Assembly (NCBI RefSeq): GCF_964059045.1
Contig: NZ_OZ060402.1
Coordinates: forward strand, 570,001-602,000
Length of the DNA stretch: 32,000 nt
Source: Candidatus Saccharimonadota bacterium
GTDB taxonomy: Bacteria > Pseudomonadota > Gammaproteobacteria > Enterobacterales > Enterobacteriaceae
Reading direction: 5' to 3'
Positions 30,001-32,000 of this stretch are shown one piece after another. The position numbers and the translations under genes are program-made. Under the pieces are notes generated by a model. That model did not search any database. It saw nothing but the letters and a program-made list of their open reading frames with translations, and was not told the DNA's origin. Numbering within the stretch: the first letter of the stretch is position 1; each line of letters opens with the position of its first letter.

Positions 30001-31215
30001 TTGTTAAAATTTCCAATTTATTTAGATTATGCTTCTACTACTCCCATGGAACCAAAAATAGTAGAAAAAATGATAAAATATTTAACATTATCAGGTACAT
30101 TTGGTAATTCTGCTTCACGTTCTCATTTATTTGGTTGGGAAGCTGAAGAAGCGGTAGATATTGCTCGTAATCAAATTTCTGATTTAATTAATGCTGATCC
30201 TCGTGAAATTATATTTACTTCAGGTGCTACAGAATCAAATAATTTAGCTATTAAAGGTGTGATAGATTTTTATCAATCAAAAGGTAATCATATTATTACT
30301 AGTACGACAGAACATAAATCAGTTTTAGATACATGTCGATATCTTGAAAGTAAAAATATTAATGTCACTTATCTTAATCCTAATCATGATGGTATTATCG
30401 ATATTAATAAATTAAAATCTTTTATTTCAAAAAAAACAATATTAATTTCTATTATGCATGTCAATAATGAAACTGGAGTTATACAACCAATTGAACAAAT
30501 TGCAGAAATATGCAATCAATATAAAATTATTTTTCATGTAGATATGACACAAAGTATAGGGAAAATTCCTATCGATTTAGAAAAAATAAATATTAGTTTA
30601 ATTTCATTTAGCGCTCATAAAATTTATGGACCTAAAGGTATTGGAGTATTATATGTTAGAAGAAAACCAAGAATTAGATTAGTTAGTCAAATACATGGTG
30701 GAGGTCATGAAAGAGGTTTAAGATCCGGAACATTACCAGTACATCAAATTATAGGTATGGGAGAAGCATGTCAATTAGCTAAAAAAAATATTACTATAGA
30801 ACCACAAAGATTAAATACATTAAAAAACAGATTATGGAATGGTATTAAAGATATTGAAGAAGTTTATTTAAATAGTAACTTAAATAAAGGTGCTCCACAT
30901 ATTTTGAATGTGAGTTTTAATTATGTGGAAGGAGAATCATTAATCATGGGATTAAAAAATTTAGCAATTTCTTCTGGATCTGCATGCACATCTACTAGTT
31001 TAGAACCATCTTATGTATTACGCGCTTTAGGTTTAAAAGATGAATTAGCACATAGTTCTATTAGATTTTCTATTGGTTTATTCACTACTAAACAAGAAAT
31101 TGATTATACTATTGAATCTATTCATGAATCTATAATAAAATTAAGAAATTTATCTCCTTTATGGGAAATGTATAAATCAGGCATTAATATAGAATCAATT
31201 GATTGGAAAGCATAA
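30001..31215 (+). CDS. iscS: cysteine desulfurase IscS (TTG start)
   Basis: The 404-aa ORF has the same length as E. coli IscS. (M)[14 protein letters not shown] aligns with MKLPIYLDYSATTP. The PLP lysine context is [11 protein letters not shown] and the catalytic cysteine is SSGSACTS. The TTG at 30001 is preceded by TGAGGT (29991-29996). Confidence 0.95.
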   Translation: MLKFPIYLDYASTTPMEPKIVEKMIKYLTLSGTFGNSASRSHLFGWEAEEAVDIARNQISDLINADPREIIFTSGATESNNLAIKGVIDFYQSKGNHIITSTTEHKSVLDTCRYLESKNINVTYLNPNHDGIIDINKLKSFISKKTILISIMHVNNETGVIQPIEQIAEICNQYKIIFHVDMTQSIGKIPIDLEKINISLISFSAHKIYGPKGIGVLYVRRKPRIRLVSQIHGGGHERGLRSGTLPVHQIIGMGEACQLAKKNITIEPQRLNTLKNRLWNGIKDIEEVYLNSNLNKGAPHILNVSFNYVEGESLIMGLKNLAISSGSACTSTSLEPSYVLRALGLKDELAHSSIRFSIGLFTTKQEIDYTIESIHESIIKLRNLSPLWEMYKSGINIESIDWKA

Positions 31216-31247
31216 ATTATAAATACACATCAAAAAAGGAAAATAAT

Positions 31248-31655
31248 ATGACGTATAGTAAAAAAGTAATTGATCATTATGAAAATCCTCGAAATGTAGG
31301 TTCATTTTCGGAAAATGATATTAATATTGGAAGCGGTTTAGTCGGTGCACCTTCTTGTGGAGATGTCATGAAATTACAAATCAAGGTAAACAATGAAGGT
31401 ATTATTGAAGATGCTTGTTTTAAAACTTATGGTTGTGGTTCAGCAATTGCATCAAGTTCATTAATGACAGAATGGGTAAAAGGAAAATCATTGCAAGAAG
31501 CTGAAAATATTAAAAATACTAATATTGCTGAAGAATTAGAATTACCACCAGTAAAAATTCATTGTTCTATTTTAGCAGAAGATGCTATTAAAGCAGCTAT
31601 ATCAGATTACAAAAGTAAAAAACTAAAAAATCAACAATTTGATTCAAAAATTTAA
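31248..31655 (+). CDS. iscU: iron-sulfur cluster scaffold protein IscU
   Basis: From the ATG at 31248, MTYSKKVIDHYENPRNVGSF aligns with E. coli MAYSEKVIDHYENPRNVGSF. GAPSCGDVMKLQI, FKTYGCGSAIASSS and LPPVKIHCSILAEDA match. AAAGGA lies at 31235-31240. The ORF-track start at 31203 overlaps iscS and was rejected. Confidence 0.96.
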   Translation: MTYSKKVIDHYENPRNVGSFSENDINIGSGLVGAPSCGDVMKLQIKVNNEGIIEDACFKTYGCGSAIASSSLMTEWVKGKSLQEAENIKNTNIAEELELPPVKIHCSILAEDAIKAAISDYKSKKLKNQQFDSKI

Positions 31656-31715
31656 GTAAATTGAAAATAAATTTTGATTTATAATGTTTATTTTTATGTT
31701 TAACATCAGGAAAAT

Positions 31716-32000
31716 ATGAATTACTTTCAATTATTTAATTTACCAGAAAAATTTTTAATTGATCAAAAATTACTTGTTAAAAATTTTTATGATTTACAAA
31801 AAAAATTTCATCCAGATTTATTTATTTTAGATACACCATTAATACAACAAAAAGCGCTAAAACAATCTATATTAATTAATAATGCATTTCAAACATTAAA
31901 AAATCCATATCATCGTGCTGAGTATCTTTTAAATTTAAATAATATTGATCTAAATGATAAAAAATTTAAATTAAATGATAATAATTTTTTTAAAAAATAC
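31716..32000 (+). CDS. hscB: Fe-S cluster co-chaperone HscB, N-terminal J-domain (runs off the right edge)
   Basis: The ATG at 31716 is preceded by CAGGA. The translation MNYFQLFNLPEKFLIDQKLLVKNFYDLQKKFHPDLF...NAFQTLKNPYHRAEYLL parallels E. coli HscB (MDYFTLFGLP...QYHPDKF...QAWQTLRHPLMRAEYLL). It follows iscU directly with no iscA. It is not in the ORF track because no stop codon is in the window. Confidence 0.9.
   Translation, partial: MNYFQLFNLPEKFLIDQKLLVKNFYDLQKKFHPDLFILDTPLIQQKALKQSILINNAFQTLKNPYHRAEYLLNLNNIDLNDKKFKLNDNNFFKKY

Noticed and set aside
31203-31247. N-terminal extension of iscU (TTG start overlapping the iscS stop)
   Set aside because: IscU homology begins at MTYSKKVIDHYENPRNVGSF, at the ATG at 31248 with an AAAGGA RBS.
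1-32000. CRISPR arrays, insertion sequences, prophage, integrase, toxin-antitoxin or defence islands
   Set aside because: I looked for regularly spaced direct repeats, transposase- or integrase-like ORFs and small paired ORFs. None are present. Every long ORF except one is a housekeeping orthologue in conserved synteny.

Overview
This window is a gene-dense, extremely AT-rich piece of a reduced gammaproteobacterial endosymbiont chromosome. The proteins are clear enterobacterial orthologues. The gene order is mtlD-mtlA, pgi, orn-tRNA-Gly, rpmE, hslVU, fpr, epmA, coaD, an orphan ORF, rsmJ, pitA, ynfM, dapF, cyaY, hemCD, tRNA Pro/His/Arg, rho, trxA, rep, ilvC-ilvD, tRNA-Trp, iscS-iscU-hscB. From memory this order matches Buchnera aphidicola, but that is not a database result. 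Relative to E. coli synteny, several genes appear to be missing: cyaA between cyaY and hemC, iscR and iscA around iscSU, leuT in the tRNA cluster, and hemXY. I see no mobile elements, CRISPR arrays, rRNA, or a recognisable defence, toxin or multi-gene accessory system. I therefore cannot claim a novel system here. Five things deserve a second look. (1) There are two very long, perfectly base-paired palindromes. One is 130 bp with no spacer, and the other has 43-bp arms. Each sits directly against the Shine-Dalgarno of a minus-strand gene (ilvD and rpmE). (2) The ynfM-like transporter is intact except for a frameshift inside an 11-nt poly(A) tract, the configuration known to be rescuable by transcriptional slippage. 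(3) A 359-aa lineage-restricted orphan protein has a basic, repeat-containing, disordered N-terminus. (4) A 1.3-kb non-coding spacer lies between pgi and orn. (5) Smaller oddities include a thioredoxin with a CNPC active site, tRNA genes without an encoded CCA, and TTG starts. Several ORF-track entries have spurious N-terminal extensions or are antisense shadow ORFs. I have corrected or rejected these.
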